Source of the DNA: an uncultured Gammaproteobacteria bacterium
Lineage (GTDB): Bacteria; Patescibacteriota; Patescibacteriia; SG8-24
DNA length: 56,643 bases
Direction: 5' to 3'
Assembly: GCA_964486995.1 (NCBI GenBank)
Contig: CAZAOV010000005.1
Span: 13,903-70,545 of the forward strand
Numbering within the stretch: the first letter of the stretch is position 1; each line of letters opens with the position of its first letter. The notes beneath the pieces are model-generated. The model was given only the letters and a program-made list of their open reading frames with translations. It was not told the origin of the DNA and made no database searches. Of this stretch, positions 8,113 through 16,140 are shown piece by piece. Both the position numbers and the translations under genes were made by a program.

Positions 8113-8835
8113 ATGATAAACCGCACAAATTACTTAAAGACAAATCGCCATAAACACAGCACGATTCGCGAGCTGGTTTTTGGGCTGGAAGATGGCATAG
8201 TTTCCACCACGGGTGCGGTCATCGGTATTGCCGCCGGCACCGGTAATAAGCCTGTGGTGATTTTGTCCGGCATGGTGATCGTTGTAGTAGAAGCGCTCTC
8301 AATGGCGGCGGGAACCTATTTGTCATCTAAATCAAAGCGGCAAATGCTTCAGCACATGATTCAGCAGGAGCGCGAGGAGATTGAGAATTCACCGGAAGAG
8401 GAAACCGAAGAGTTGCGCGAGATGTATCGACAGCGCGGTTTTTGCAAGATTGAAATTGATTTGATGGTCCAGCACATAACAAAAGACAAGAAACTTTGGC
8501 TGGAGGAGATGATGCATAAGGAGCTGGGCATCGGCACAATGGAGCTTGAGGACTCGCGGGCCGGTGTGGTGGTGATGTGGCTAGCCTATACAGTGGGTGG
8601 CTTGGTGCCAATCATACCGTTCCTACTGTTTGGAATCCGTTCGGCGATGATTACTGCTTTTATTGCCGGATTATGCACCCTGTTCGCTATCGGTACCTGG
8701 AAGGCTAGAGTTACCAAGACTAACGTTTTGTTTGGTGGTTTAGAAATGTTGGCGGTATCGGCGATAGCTGGCTTGATTGGTTTTGCTGTCGGTCGAATTG
8801 TCGGCTCTTTGACCGGAATCGATGTCGGAGTATAG
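8113..8835 (+). CDS. VIT1/CCC1-family iron/manganese transporter
   Basis: RELVFGLEDGIVSTTGAVIGIA plus C-terminal TM helices. I prefer ATG 8113 over the TTG at 8080. Confidence 0.8.
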   Translation: MINRTNYLKTNRHKHSTIRELVFGLEDGIVSTTGAVIGIAAGTGNKPVVILSGMVIVVVEALSMAAGTYLSSKSKRQMLQHMIQQEREEIENSPEEETEELREMYRQRGFCKIEIDLMVQHITKDKKLWLEEMMHKELGIGTMELEDSRAGVVVMWLAYTVGGLVPIIPFLLFGIRSAMITAFIAGLCTLFAIGTWKARVTKTNVLFGGLEMLAVSAIAGLIGFAVGRIVGSLTGIDVGV

Positions 8836-8844
8836 GATAGTGGC

Positions 8845-9528
8845 ATGCAGACAAAACATTTTCGGCTATCACCAACGACACTGCAGCTATTCGTGAATTG
8901 TCCGCGTTGCTTTTGGCTGCAGTTTCGTCGCAAGATTCATCGACCTAAGTCGATTTTTCCGTCACTGCCCGGCGGCATGGATTATGTAATCAAGGATTAC
9001 TACGACCGATATCGCAGTCAGGGCGAGTTACCGCCGGAAATCGAAGGGCGGGTGCATGGACAATTGATGCCCGATCAGGACCTCATGGACAAGTGGCGCA
9101 ATTGGCGCACTGGTCTCGAGTACAATGATAACGCACGTAACGGCACTTTGTTTGGAGCGCTGGACGACTGTTTGCTGGACGGTCAGCTGTATATCCCGCT
9201 GGACTATAAGACACGGGGTTTTAAACCAAGACCTGGTGATAGTCAGCGTTACTATGGACTGCAGCTAAATAGTTATGCGCTGATGCTGCGGGAAAACGGG
9301 TATCCGGTAGCTGATATCGGCTATTTGGTGTATTACTACCCGCTGTCCGTGTTCGCGAACGGTTCGGTAAAGTTTGGCGTAGAGCCAGTGGAGATTCCGG
9401 TAAGTGCTGACGAGGGGTGTCGTGTCTTCGAGAGGGCGCTTGATTGTCTGTGGGGTAACGAACCCAAAGCCCATAGCAAATGCGAATTTTGTGGCTGGGC
9501 CGGAAAGTTCGACGAAGAATTTGATTAA
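8845..9528 (+). CDS. PD-(D/E)XK nuclease, Cas4/RecB-like with Cys ligands
   Basis: N-terminal CPRC, GALDD..., PLDYKT (D-x-K) and C-terminal CEFCGW. Confidence 0.7.
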   Translation: MQTKHFRLSPTTLQLFVNCPRCFWLQFRRKIHRPKSIFPSLPGGMDYVIKDYYDRYRSQGELPPEIEGRVHGQLMPDQDLMDKWRNWRTGLEYNDNARNGTLFGALDDCLLDGQLYIPLDYKTRGFKPRPGDSQRYYGLQLNSYALMLRENGYPVADIGYLVYYYPLSVFANGSVKFGVEPVEIPVSADEGCRVFERALDCLWGNEPKAHSKCEFCGWAGKFDEEFD

Positions 9529-9535
9529 ATCCTAG
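9519..9535 (+). repeat. 17-nt direct repeat, copy 1 (atttgattaaatcctag)
   Basis: Identical to 10729-10745. It overlaps the stop codon of the 8845 gene. Confidence 0.9.
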
Positions 9536-9573
9536 TTAGCTTCACAGGGACACTGATTACGTACTCTCACTTT

Positions 9574-9599
9574 AGGCCCGTCTCGGGCTTTTTCGTTTT
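9574..9599 (+). terminator. Rho-independent terminator
   Basis: gcccg-tct-cgggc followed by a T-rich run. Confidence 0.65.
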
Positions 9600-9607
9600 G
9601 GTCAATC

Positions 9608-9636
9608 TTGACAGTCGAATATTTCTGGTTTATTAT
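9608..9636 (+). promoter_or_regulatory. Near-consensus sigma70 promoter with direct-repeat operator-like sites
   Basis: TTGACA-17 nt-TATTAT. tcgaatat occurs at 9615 and 9636, and tatccga at 9641 and 9650. Confidence 0.7.
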
Positions 9637-9669
9637 CGAATATCCGAATTATCCGAGCTAGGAGGATCG

Positions 9670-10116
9670 ATGCCGCTGGTTAGTGACAAGAAAAGGCCCT
9701 ACACCATTCGCTTGAGCTTCGAAGGTATCGCTAGGCTGGATGCCCTGCGGGCTAAGCTGGGATTTCGGCGAACTGGCATTTTGCTGAAGGCGATTCGCGT
9801 TTGCGTTATGGCACACTGTTGCGGTGGTAACGAATCGCTATATATTAAGCAGAACGATGCTCAGATTGACCAACTGCGTTTGCACGGCTGTCAGGGGTTA
9901 GACTCAACGGATATGGAAACGTTTCCGGTGACGCTAATGGTCTCGGCGCGCGAGAAGGGTGCGTTGAAGCGCTGTGGTGCCAAAGCTGGCGGCATATTTG
10001 CCGGAGCCGAAACCGCACTCGCGTTTCTTGAAGACGTGCTGGCCAACGGTTTTCCCGAGTTGCTTGAGAAGCGCGGTAATCATTTTTACCCGGTTCTGCC
10101 ATGTCAACGGGGCTAG
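9670..10116 (+). CDS. Putative double ribbon-helix-helix DNA-binding protein
   Basis: GGAGG lies 4 nt upstream of the ATG. YTIRLSFEGIARLDALRAKLG and a second FPVTLMVSAREKGALKR segment both look RHH-like. Confidence 0.55.
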   Translation: MPLVSDKKRPYTIRLSFEGIARLDALRAKLGFRRTGILLKAIRVCVMAHCCGGNESLYIKQNDAQIDQLRLHGCQGLDSTDMETFPVTLMVSAREKGALKRCGAKAGGIFAGAETALAFLEDVLANGFPELLEKRGNHFYPVLPCQRG

Positions 10117-10634
10117 TCACAAGGGTTCGTTTTTGGCTCAGTAGCTTACTGCAAATCAGCATTCGTTATCAGGTCACCTGCGACCTATCTACGGAAGATG
10201 TGCGCCGGCTCGAAGAATGCCGTCATGTCGCGGAAAGGTATGCCGGCGGCAGTTCTGACGTTGCGATCATGCGTTTGGCACTGCGCGTTTATAGCCGCAT
10301 CATCTACAATGATTTGCCGACTTTGTACGCGTTTGATACTGGCGGGGAACGCAAGACCGTCGAATTGCGAGCGGATAAGGCCCCGACGTCGCAGGCAGAT
10401 TTAACGGTCAGTCAATTGCAGCTGTCGATTGGTCGCAAGTCACGTGCGGCAATTAAGCGACTGGCGGTAGAAACCGGACAGGACAATTGTGGCGTGCTCC
10501 GCAGCTCCTTGGCTACGTTGCATCGAGCAGCACGAGGTGACTATCAGTCGTTTCAGACTCGCGTGGCTGGGGGAGAATATGTGGAGTATGATTTAATCCG
10601 TTTGGTCCTGGGTAGCCGCTCAGCAAAACAATAA
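10101..10634 (+). CDS. Paralogous putative double ribbon-helix-helix protein
   Basis: Overlaps the previous gene by 16 nt. YQVTCDLSTEDVRRLEE and LQLSIGRKSRAAIKRLA segments show the same architecture as the upstream gene. Confidence 0.5.
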   Translation: MSTGLVTRVRFWLSSLLQISIRYQVTCDLSTEDVRRLEECRHVAERYAGGSSDVAIMRLALRVYSRIIYNDLPTLYAFDTGGERKTVELRADKAPTSQADLTVSQLQLSIGRKSRAAIKRLAVETGQDNCGVLRSSLATLHRAARGDYQSFQTRVAGGEYVEYDLIRLVLGSRSAKQ

Positions 10635-10667
10635 TCTTTCTAAAGAATCGCAATTCAGCGGTTCTTT

Positions 10668-10708
10668 TTATCCCCAGAATAGGTCCCTGGCACCTATATT
10701 GGGGATAA
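10668..10708. promoter_or_regulatory. 41-nt near-perfect palindrome abutting the suf promoter
   Basis: ttatccccagaataggt-ccctggc-acctatattggggataa has 17 arm positions with one mismatch and one G-T pair. It ends 3 nt before the -35. Confidence 0.6.
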
Positions 10709-10711
10709 GTC

Positions 10712-10740
10712 TTGACGGATTTTAGGAGATTTGATTAAAT
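10712..10740 (+). promoter_or_regulatory. Sigma70-like promoter for the Rrf2-suf operon
   Basis: TTGACG-17 nt-TTAAAT. The -10 lies inside copy 2 of the 17-nt direct repeat. Confidence 0.55.
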
Positions 10741-10745
10741 CCTAG
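10729..10745 (+). repeat. 17-nt direct repeat, copy 2
   Basis: Identical to 9519-9535, 1210 bp upstream. Confidence 0.9.
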
Positions 10746-10766
10746 CATTCAACTGTGAATTAAATT

Positions 10767-11183
10767 ATGAAGCAATTTTTACGTGTGCCACAGCGCGTAC
10801 ATAATGCAGTAATGTTGATGACCGACCTGGCAAGCGAAGCCGAGGCCGATAATTTTATTTCGCTCGCTGACGTGGCTGAGCGTAATATGCTATCGCGTGG
10901 TTTTCTAGAAGAGGTAGTGGTGCCCTTAAAAGAATCTGGTCTGGTTGACGCGAAGCGAGGATCTCATGGTGGGTATAGGTTGTCACGCGACCCCGAAGAT
11001 ATTTCAATCGGCGATATCGTTACCGCCGTAGAGGGTCCACTGGCTTTGGTTGATTGTTTGGGCGGTGCGGAGTGTGCAATCGCTGGCGGTTGTGCGTCGA
11101 AAAAGGTCTGGCGCAACGTTCAGCGCCATATCGAGGATTCGCTGTACGCGATTTCATTGATTGACGTAATGAACGGTAATTAG
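10767..11183 (+). CDS. Rrf2-family (IscR-like) Fe-S sensing transcriptional regulator
   Basis: Winged-helix N-terminus (ISLADVAERNMLSRGFLEEV) and a C-x5-C-x5-C cluster-ligand spacing. Confidence 0.85.
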   Translation: MKQFLRVPQRVHNAVMLMTDLASEAEADNFISLADVAERNMLSRGFLEEVVVPLKESGLVDAKRGSHGGYRLSRDPEDISIGDIVTAVEGPLALVDCLGGAECAIAGGCASKKVWRNVQRHIEDSLYAISLIDVMNGN

Positions 11184-12560
11184 ATGACCGAGGAACTAGA
11201 AAAATCTGATCAAGTGCAAGCCAAGTATCACGCCGCCCCCGGACTGACCGAAGAGTTGGTGCGGGAGATTTCGCGCCAGAAAAACGAACCGAAGTGGATG
11301 CTCGAAAAGCGTTTGCAGGGTTTGCGATTATGGAATCAGGCCGAAATGCCGGATTGGAGTCCGGACTTGAGCGGCTTGGATTTGGAACAGTTGGCGTATT
11401 TTGTTCGACCAGACACGCAGGAATCGCGCAGATGGGAAGATGTGCCGCCTGAGATTCGTCGTACATTTGATAAATTGGGCATTCTGGAGGCCGAGCAAAA
11501 AGCACTGTCCGGCGTGGGTGCGCAGTTTGATTCGGACGTGGTGTACCACAATCTAAAGGAAGAATGGGCCGAGCAGGGTGTGGTTTTCGAGAACATGGAC
11601 GTGGCCGTGCAGAAGTATCCGGATTTGGTGCGCGAGTATTTTATGACTCAATGCGTGCCGGTCAGCGACCACAAATTCGCCATGCTGCATGCCGCGGTTT
11701 GGAGTGGCGGGACTTTTATCTACGTTCCGTCCGGTGTGAAAGTGGAAGTGCCGATGCAGGCATATTTTCGGATGAACACCGAACATGGCGGGCAGTTTGA
11801 GCACACGCTCATCATTGCAGATAAGGGTGCGACCGTGGAATATATCGAAGGCTGTTCGGCGCCGAAGTTTTCTGCCAGCTCTCTTCATGCTGGCTGCGTT
11901 GAAATTTATGTTCGCCAGAACGCCACGGTCAGATATTCAAGCATCGAAAATTGGAGCAAGAATACTTATAACCTGAACACCAAACGCGCGCTGGTCGATG
12001 ATGCCGGCACTATAGAATGGCTATCAGGCAATATGGGGAGCGGCAAAACCATGTTGTATCCGACGTCTGTTTTGCGGGGTTGCGGTTCGCGCGCCGAAGC
12101 TTTAGGTGTGGCGTTTGCCGGGCCGGGTCAGGAACAGGACACAGGCTTCAAGGTGATTCATGCGGCGCCAGACACCACCGCTACGATTCGTTCCAAGGGT
12201 ATCGCCAAGGGAGGCGGCAAATCTGTTTATCGCGGTGTGGTCAAAGCCGCCGGCCGGGCGACCGGCGCTCGATGCACCGTGGACTGCGATACGCTAATTC
12301 TGGACGAGTCCTCGGCTTCAGATTCATGGCCGCGAGTGGTCGCCGAAAACAACGAAGTGGAGTTGGCGCATGAGGCGCGAGTCGGTCGAATCGGCGACGA
12401 GGAGATTTTTTATCTGACCTCGCGCGGCATAGGCGGAGACCGCGCAGTGAAGATGGTGGTGAGTGGATTTGTGGCGCCGGTTATTAAGAAATTGCCGTTG
12501 GAGTATGCGGTTGAGCTGAATCGGTTGATTGAGTTAGAAATGGAGGGGTCAGTTGGATAG
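11184..12560 (+). CDS. sufB: Fe-S cluster assembly scaffold SufB
   Basis: 458 aa with strong SufB-like sequence throughout (FENMDVAVQKYPDLV..., HEARVGRIGDEEIFYLTSRGI). Confidence 0.95.
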   Translation: MTEELEKSDQVQAKYHAAPGLTEELVREISRQKNEPKWMLEKRLQGLRLWNQAEMPDWSPDLSGLDLEQLAYFVRPDTQESRRWEDVPPEIRRTFDKLGILEAEQKALSGVGAQFDSDVVYHNLKEEWAEQGVVFENMDVAVQKYPDLVREYFMTQCVPVSDHKFAMLHAAVWSGGTFIYVPSGVKVEVPMQAYFRMNTEHGGQFEHTLIIADKGATVEYIEGCSAPKFSASSLHAGCVEIYVRQNATVRYSSIENWSKNTYNLNTKRALVDDAGTIEWLSGNMGSGKTMLYPTSVLRGCGSRAEALGVAFAGPGQEQDTGFKVIHAAPDTTATIRSKGIAKGGGKSVYRGVVKAAGRATGARCTVDCDTLILDESSASDSWPRVVAENNEVELAHEARVGRIGDEEIFYLTSRGIGGDRAVKMVVSGFVAPVIKKLPLEYAVELNRLIELEMEGSVG

Positions 12561-12657
12561 TATGAGAGGAGCAGAAAAGCAAAGGTGCAGAGGGGCAAGG
12601 ACCTGCGGGGCTGGATTGCCGTGCGGGGATTGTTCAGCCTGCTCCGCACAGGCCGAA

Positions 12658-13491
12658 ATGCCGAAAAAATCTTCGTTGAGGATAAATGACGGGGAGACGA
12701 ATCATGAACCCTATGCGATGCCGCTCGCTGAGCAGGTGGACATCGAAATCGGCGCGAACTGCATTGTCAGTATCATTGAACCGGCGGTTGGTCCGGCTTG
12801 TGCTGGTTTGGATAGCTCTGGCTTGTCGGTGACAATCGGTAAAGAATCCCTGGTTCGATTCACGTCTATCCGCGAATGCGCCGCGCACGGAAAGCGCGAC
12901 TACGCTTCGCGGTTTCAGCTGGCCGCTGGTGCGTCACTAGAAATTTTCGAATGCCGCCTGGGTGGCGGTGACATCAACGCCGTGGCTCAGGTAGATCTGC
13001 TGGGTATAGACGCCAAAGTCACTGTGCGTTCAGCGCTGTTCGCCGCAGAAACCGACCATCTGCTGTCAGAAATCAACATCAATCATTTCGCGTCGCGCAC
13101 CACTTCACGTATTATTACTAAAGGAGTTTTGGCCGACCGGGCGCGAATCGAGTACCGTGGATTGGTCAGCATAAATAAAGAAACCTTGGGCTGTGTGGGC
13201 GAGCAGTATGCCGATGCCCTGCTGTTGTCCGCCGACGCCCGCGCTGACTTGATGCCAAATCTAAAAATCGATGCCAACGACGTTCGTTGCGGTCACGGTA
13301 CTGCAGTGTCCGGAATGGATGAGCAAAAGTTGTACTATTTAATGTCTCGTGGTTTGAGTCGAGCCGCGGCCATGGAAGCGGCGACGCGCGGTTTCATGGC
13401 CGATGTACTTTCCAGCCTACCCGAGCAGGAAATCGACACAGTTGAAAAAATTATCACCCCGCGCCTGCAATGCGCGTTAGCTGTCACATAA
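12658..13491 (+). CDS. sufD: Fe-S cluster assembly protein SufD
   Basis: SufB/D C-terminal domain (NDVRCGHGTAVSGMDEQKLYYLMSRGL). The start is uncertain. TTG 12553 and ATG 12562 would add a Cys-rich, low-complexity stretch. Confidence 0.8.
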   Translation: MPKKSSLRINDGETNHEPYAMPLAEQVDIEIGANCIVSIIEPAVGPACAGLDSSGLSVTIGKESLVRFTSIRECAAHGKRDYASRFQLAAGASLEIFECRLGGGDINAVAQVDLLGIDAKVTVRSALFAAETDHLLSEININHFASRTTSRIITKGVLADRARIEYRGLVSINKETLGCVGEQYADALLLSADARADLMPNLKIDANDVRCGHGTAVSGMDEQKLYYLMSRGLSRAAAMEAATRGFMADVLSSLPEQEIDTVEKIITPRLQCALAVT

Positions 13492-13535
13492 CTCATGCGG
13501 GGACATTTATTTATCGAATGACTAGACCGCAAAAT

Positions 13536-13575
13536 GTGTGCCCGAGCTATCTATTAGAAATAAGACGTCACCTTA
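13536..13575 (+). promoter_or_regulatory. Copy B of the recurrent pre-ATG leader element
   Basis: gtgtgcccgagctatctattagaaataagacgtcacctta then ATG. It shares a 15-nt identical core, tattagaaataagac, with copies A and C. Confidence 0.7.
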
Positions 13576-14799
13576 ATGCCATTATTTAAAAAAACACGAC
13601 GAGACGATTTTCCGACGTTCAAGTTCGAATATGGAGCTGGTCGGCCTTATCACTTTCTAGATTCGGCGGCGTCGTCGCTCACGCCAAAACCGGTGCTGGA
13701 TGCGATGGATTTATATTATCGAACGTATCGCGCCAACGTGCATCGCGGTTTGTATCGCGCCAGCAACAAGGCGACCTTAGAATATGAAGTGGCTCGTGAA
13801 AATGTGGCCGAGCTGATTAATGCCGATCCAAAGGAAGTGGTTTTTACTTGTGGCACTACCGAGTCTTTAAATTTGGTCGCCTATTCGTTGGCTCCAACAT
13901 TGAAGCCGGAGGATGAGGTGGTGATTTCCATCATGGAACATCATGCTAACTTTGTGCCGTGGCAGCAGATGGCCAAGCGCTACGGGTTCAAGCTGCATAT
14001 CTTGTCGATTACCGACCAATATGAGCTAGACATGGACGAGGCGCGACGAGTGATTGGTCCGAACACTAAGGTGGTTTCAATCGCGCATGTGTCGAATGTC
14101 CTCGGAACCGTAAATCCGATCAAAGAGCTGGTCGATTTGGGTCATCAACATGGTGCGGTCGCTATCGTTGACGCGGCGCAGTCGTTGGGGCATCGACCGG
14201 TTGATGTGCAGGAGTTGGGATGCGATTTTCTGGCGCTTTCGAGCCATAAGGCCTATGGACCGACCGGTATCGGGGTGCTCTGGGGTAAAAAGAAAGCGCT
14301 AGAAAATTTGGCGCCGTTTCAGTTCGGTGGGGAGATGATTATCGAAGTGACCAAGGAAGATTCCGAATGGAATGAGGTGCCACACAAGTTTGAGGCTGGT
14401 ACGCCGAATATCGCCGGTGCCATCGGTTTGGGTGCGGCCGCAAACTACATTAAAGAGATCGGCATCGAAGAAATTTCAAAGCATGAGCGGGATATCACTA
14501 AATATGCCATCGAACAGATGTCTGAAATTGACGGCTTGAAAATCATTGGCCCAGTCGCGAATGAGAATCGCGGCGGTGCGGTCTCGTTTGCGATTGACGA
14601 GATTCATCCGCATGATATGGCGCATGTCCTAGGCGGTAAGGGTGTATGCGTGCGTGGCGGTCATCATTGTGCCATGCCGCTAATGCAGGAGCTGGAACTG
14701 CCCGGCACCACCCGCGCCAGTTTCGGAATTTACAGCCAAGAAATGGACGTGGATGCGCTGGTTGAGGCCATCAAATATGCGAAAGATAAACTTAGATAG
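13576..14799 (+). CDS. sufS: Cysteine desulfurase SufS
   Basis: Class V aminotransferase with PLP lysine motif SSHKAYGPTG and catalytic Cys in RGGHHCA. Confidence 0.95.
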   Translation: MPLFKKTRRDDFPTFKFEYGAGRPYHFLDSAASSLTPKPVLDAMDLYYRTYRANVHRGLYRASNKATLEYEVARENVAELINADPKEVVFTCGTTESLNLVAYSLAPTLKPEDEVVISIMEHHANFVPWQQMAKRYGFKLHILSITDQYELDMDEARRVIGPNTKVVSIAHVSNVLGTVNPIKELVDLGHQHGAVAIVDAAQSLGHRPVDVQELGCDFLALSSHKAYGPTGIGVLWGKKKALENLAPFQFGGEMIIEVTKEDSEWNEVPHKFEAGTPNIAGAIGLGAAANYIKEIGIEEISKHERDITKYAIEQMSEIDGLKIIGPVANENRGGAVSFAIDEIHPHDMAHVLGGKGVCVRGGHHCAMPLMQELELPGTTRASFGIYSQEMDVDALVEAIKYAKDKLR

Positions 14800-14873
14800 A
14801 TGTGGAGCCAGCCTTCCTGCATTACCAGCTAAGTGAGCGGAAGCCCGGCTCTATGTCAAATCAATGAAATACT

Positions 14874-15278
14874 ATGGGAAAAAACGCAGAACCGTGCGGT
14901 GAGTCGGATGTGTATCGTGAGGAGATCCTGGAACACAGCCGCAACCCACGCAACAAAAAAGTCATGGACAACGCCACGTTCCAGAGTAGGCGCCGCAACA
15001 TGAGCTGTGGTGACACTATGGAGATGTTCGTAAAGCTGGACAATGAAGGTAGGGTGGCTGAACTAACGTTTGACGGGGTGGGCTGCGCCATCAGTCAGGG
15101 TGCCGCGTCCATGCTGACAGAGGAGGCGACCGGAAGAACCCTGGACGAACTTAAGGCCATGACCAAAGAAAACGTTTTCGATTTGCTCGGTACAGAAGTG
15201 GGGCCGGCACGAATTCGCTGTGCCATGCTGGCGTTAGAGACATTGCAAAAGGGTATCGATGAGTTCGAGAATAGCTAG
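14874..15278 (+). CDS. sufU: SufU/IscU-like sulfur-transfer protein
   Basis: NPRN..., SCGD, GVGCAIS and RIRCAML conserved Cys motifs. Confidence 0.9.
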   Translation: MGKNAEPCGESDVYREEILEHSRNPRNKKVMDNATFQSRRRNMSCGDTMEMFVKLDNEGRVAELTFDGVGCAISQGAASMLTEEATGRTLDELKAMTKENVFDLLGTEVGPARIRCAMLALETLQKGIDEFENS

Positions 15279-15287
15279 ACGCACTTA

Positions 15288-15331
15288 TGTCATTCCGATA
15301 CTCATATCATTTTTGCCCCCGCGGGAATGAC
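15288..15331. repeat. REP-like hairpin (tgtcattcc ... ggaatgac) between sufU and sufC
   Basis: 8-bp inverted repeat gtcattcc/ggaatgac with a 27-nt loop. The 9-mer tgtcattcc recurs at 17534-17542. Confidence 0.6.
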
Positions 15332-15366
15332 GTTTTAAGTTCTGGTGATAGAGTCTAAATGAAAAT

Positions 15367-16104
15367 ATGATAAACATGCTTAAAATTGAAAAACTTAAAG
15401 TAGAACGCGACGGCAAGGAAATAATCTGTGGCGTTGATTTGGAAATCGCACCTGGGGACGTGGTCGCATTGATGGGTCCGAACGGTTCGGGCAAGAGCAC
15501 ATTAGCCGGAGCACTGATGGGCCATCCGGAATGTGAAATCACGAACGGTAAGATAGAGATAGACGGCAATGACGTCACTGACCTGTCTGCGGATAAACGC
15601 GCCAAAGCCGGACTGTTTCTGTCAATGCAAAATCCACCCGAGATCGCCGGACTCACGTTGTCGGCGTTTATACGCACGGCCTACAACGAAATTAACGGCG
15701 AACGGGTAGGTCCGCGAGAGTTTCGTGAAAAACTTAAAGATAAAGCCAAATTGATCAAGATGAATCCCGATTTACTTTCACGCGGCCTGAACGAAGGCTT
15801 TTCGGGCGGTGAACGCAAGAAGTCGGAAATTCTCCAGCTGATGATGCTCGCTCCCAAGTACGCCGTGCTAGACGAAACTGATTCCGGCTTGGACGTAGAT
15901 GCGCTAAAAGCAGTCGGTGAGGGGATTGCCGCCGCGCGCGAAAACGCGCCAGATGGCATGGGTATTTTGATTATTACCCATCATCAAAAACTGTTGGAAT
16001 TTCTGAAGCCCGATCGAGTTGCCGTGCTGAAAGAAGGAAGAATAGAAAAACAGGACGGACCGGAATTGGCTGAAGAAATATTGAAAAAAGGTTTTGAATC
16101 ATAA
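15367..16104 (+). CDS. sufC: Fe-S cluster assembly ATPase SufC
   Basis: Walker A GPNGSGKST, ABC signature FSGGERKK and Walker B AVLDETDSGLD. Confidence 0.95.
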   Translation: MINMLKIEKLKVERDGKEIICGVDLEIAPGDVVALMGPNGSGKSTLAGALMGHPECEITNGKIEIDGNDVTDLSADKRAKAGLFLSMQNPPEIAGLTLSAFIRTAYNEINGERVGPREFREKLKDKAKLIKMNPDLLSRGLNEGFSGGERKKSEILQLMMLAPKYAVLDETDSGLDVDALKAVGEGIAAARENAPDGMGILIITHHQKLLEFLKPDRVAVLKEGRIEKQDGPELAEEILKKGFES

Positions 16105-16106
16105 TT

Positions 16107-16133
16107 AAAAGACGTCGTGGCAGCGTCTTTTTT
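16107..16133 (+). terminator. Rho-independent terminator of the suf operon
   Basis: aaaagacg/cgtctttt stem followed by a T run. Confidence 0.65.
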
Positions 16134-16140
16134 GGTTGCA

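Noticed and set aside
12553-12657. A Cys-rich N-terminal extension of SufD as a metal-binding domain
   Set aside because: The stretch coincides with a GC-rich inverted-repeat segment and is low complexity. No good SD supports the upstream starts. It is left as an open question in the findings rather than annotated.
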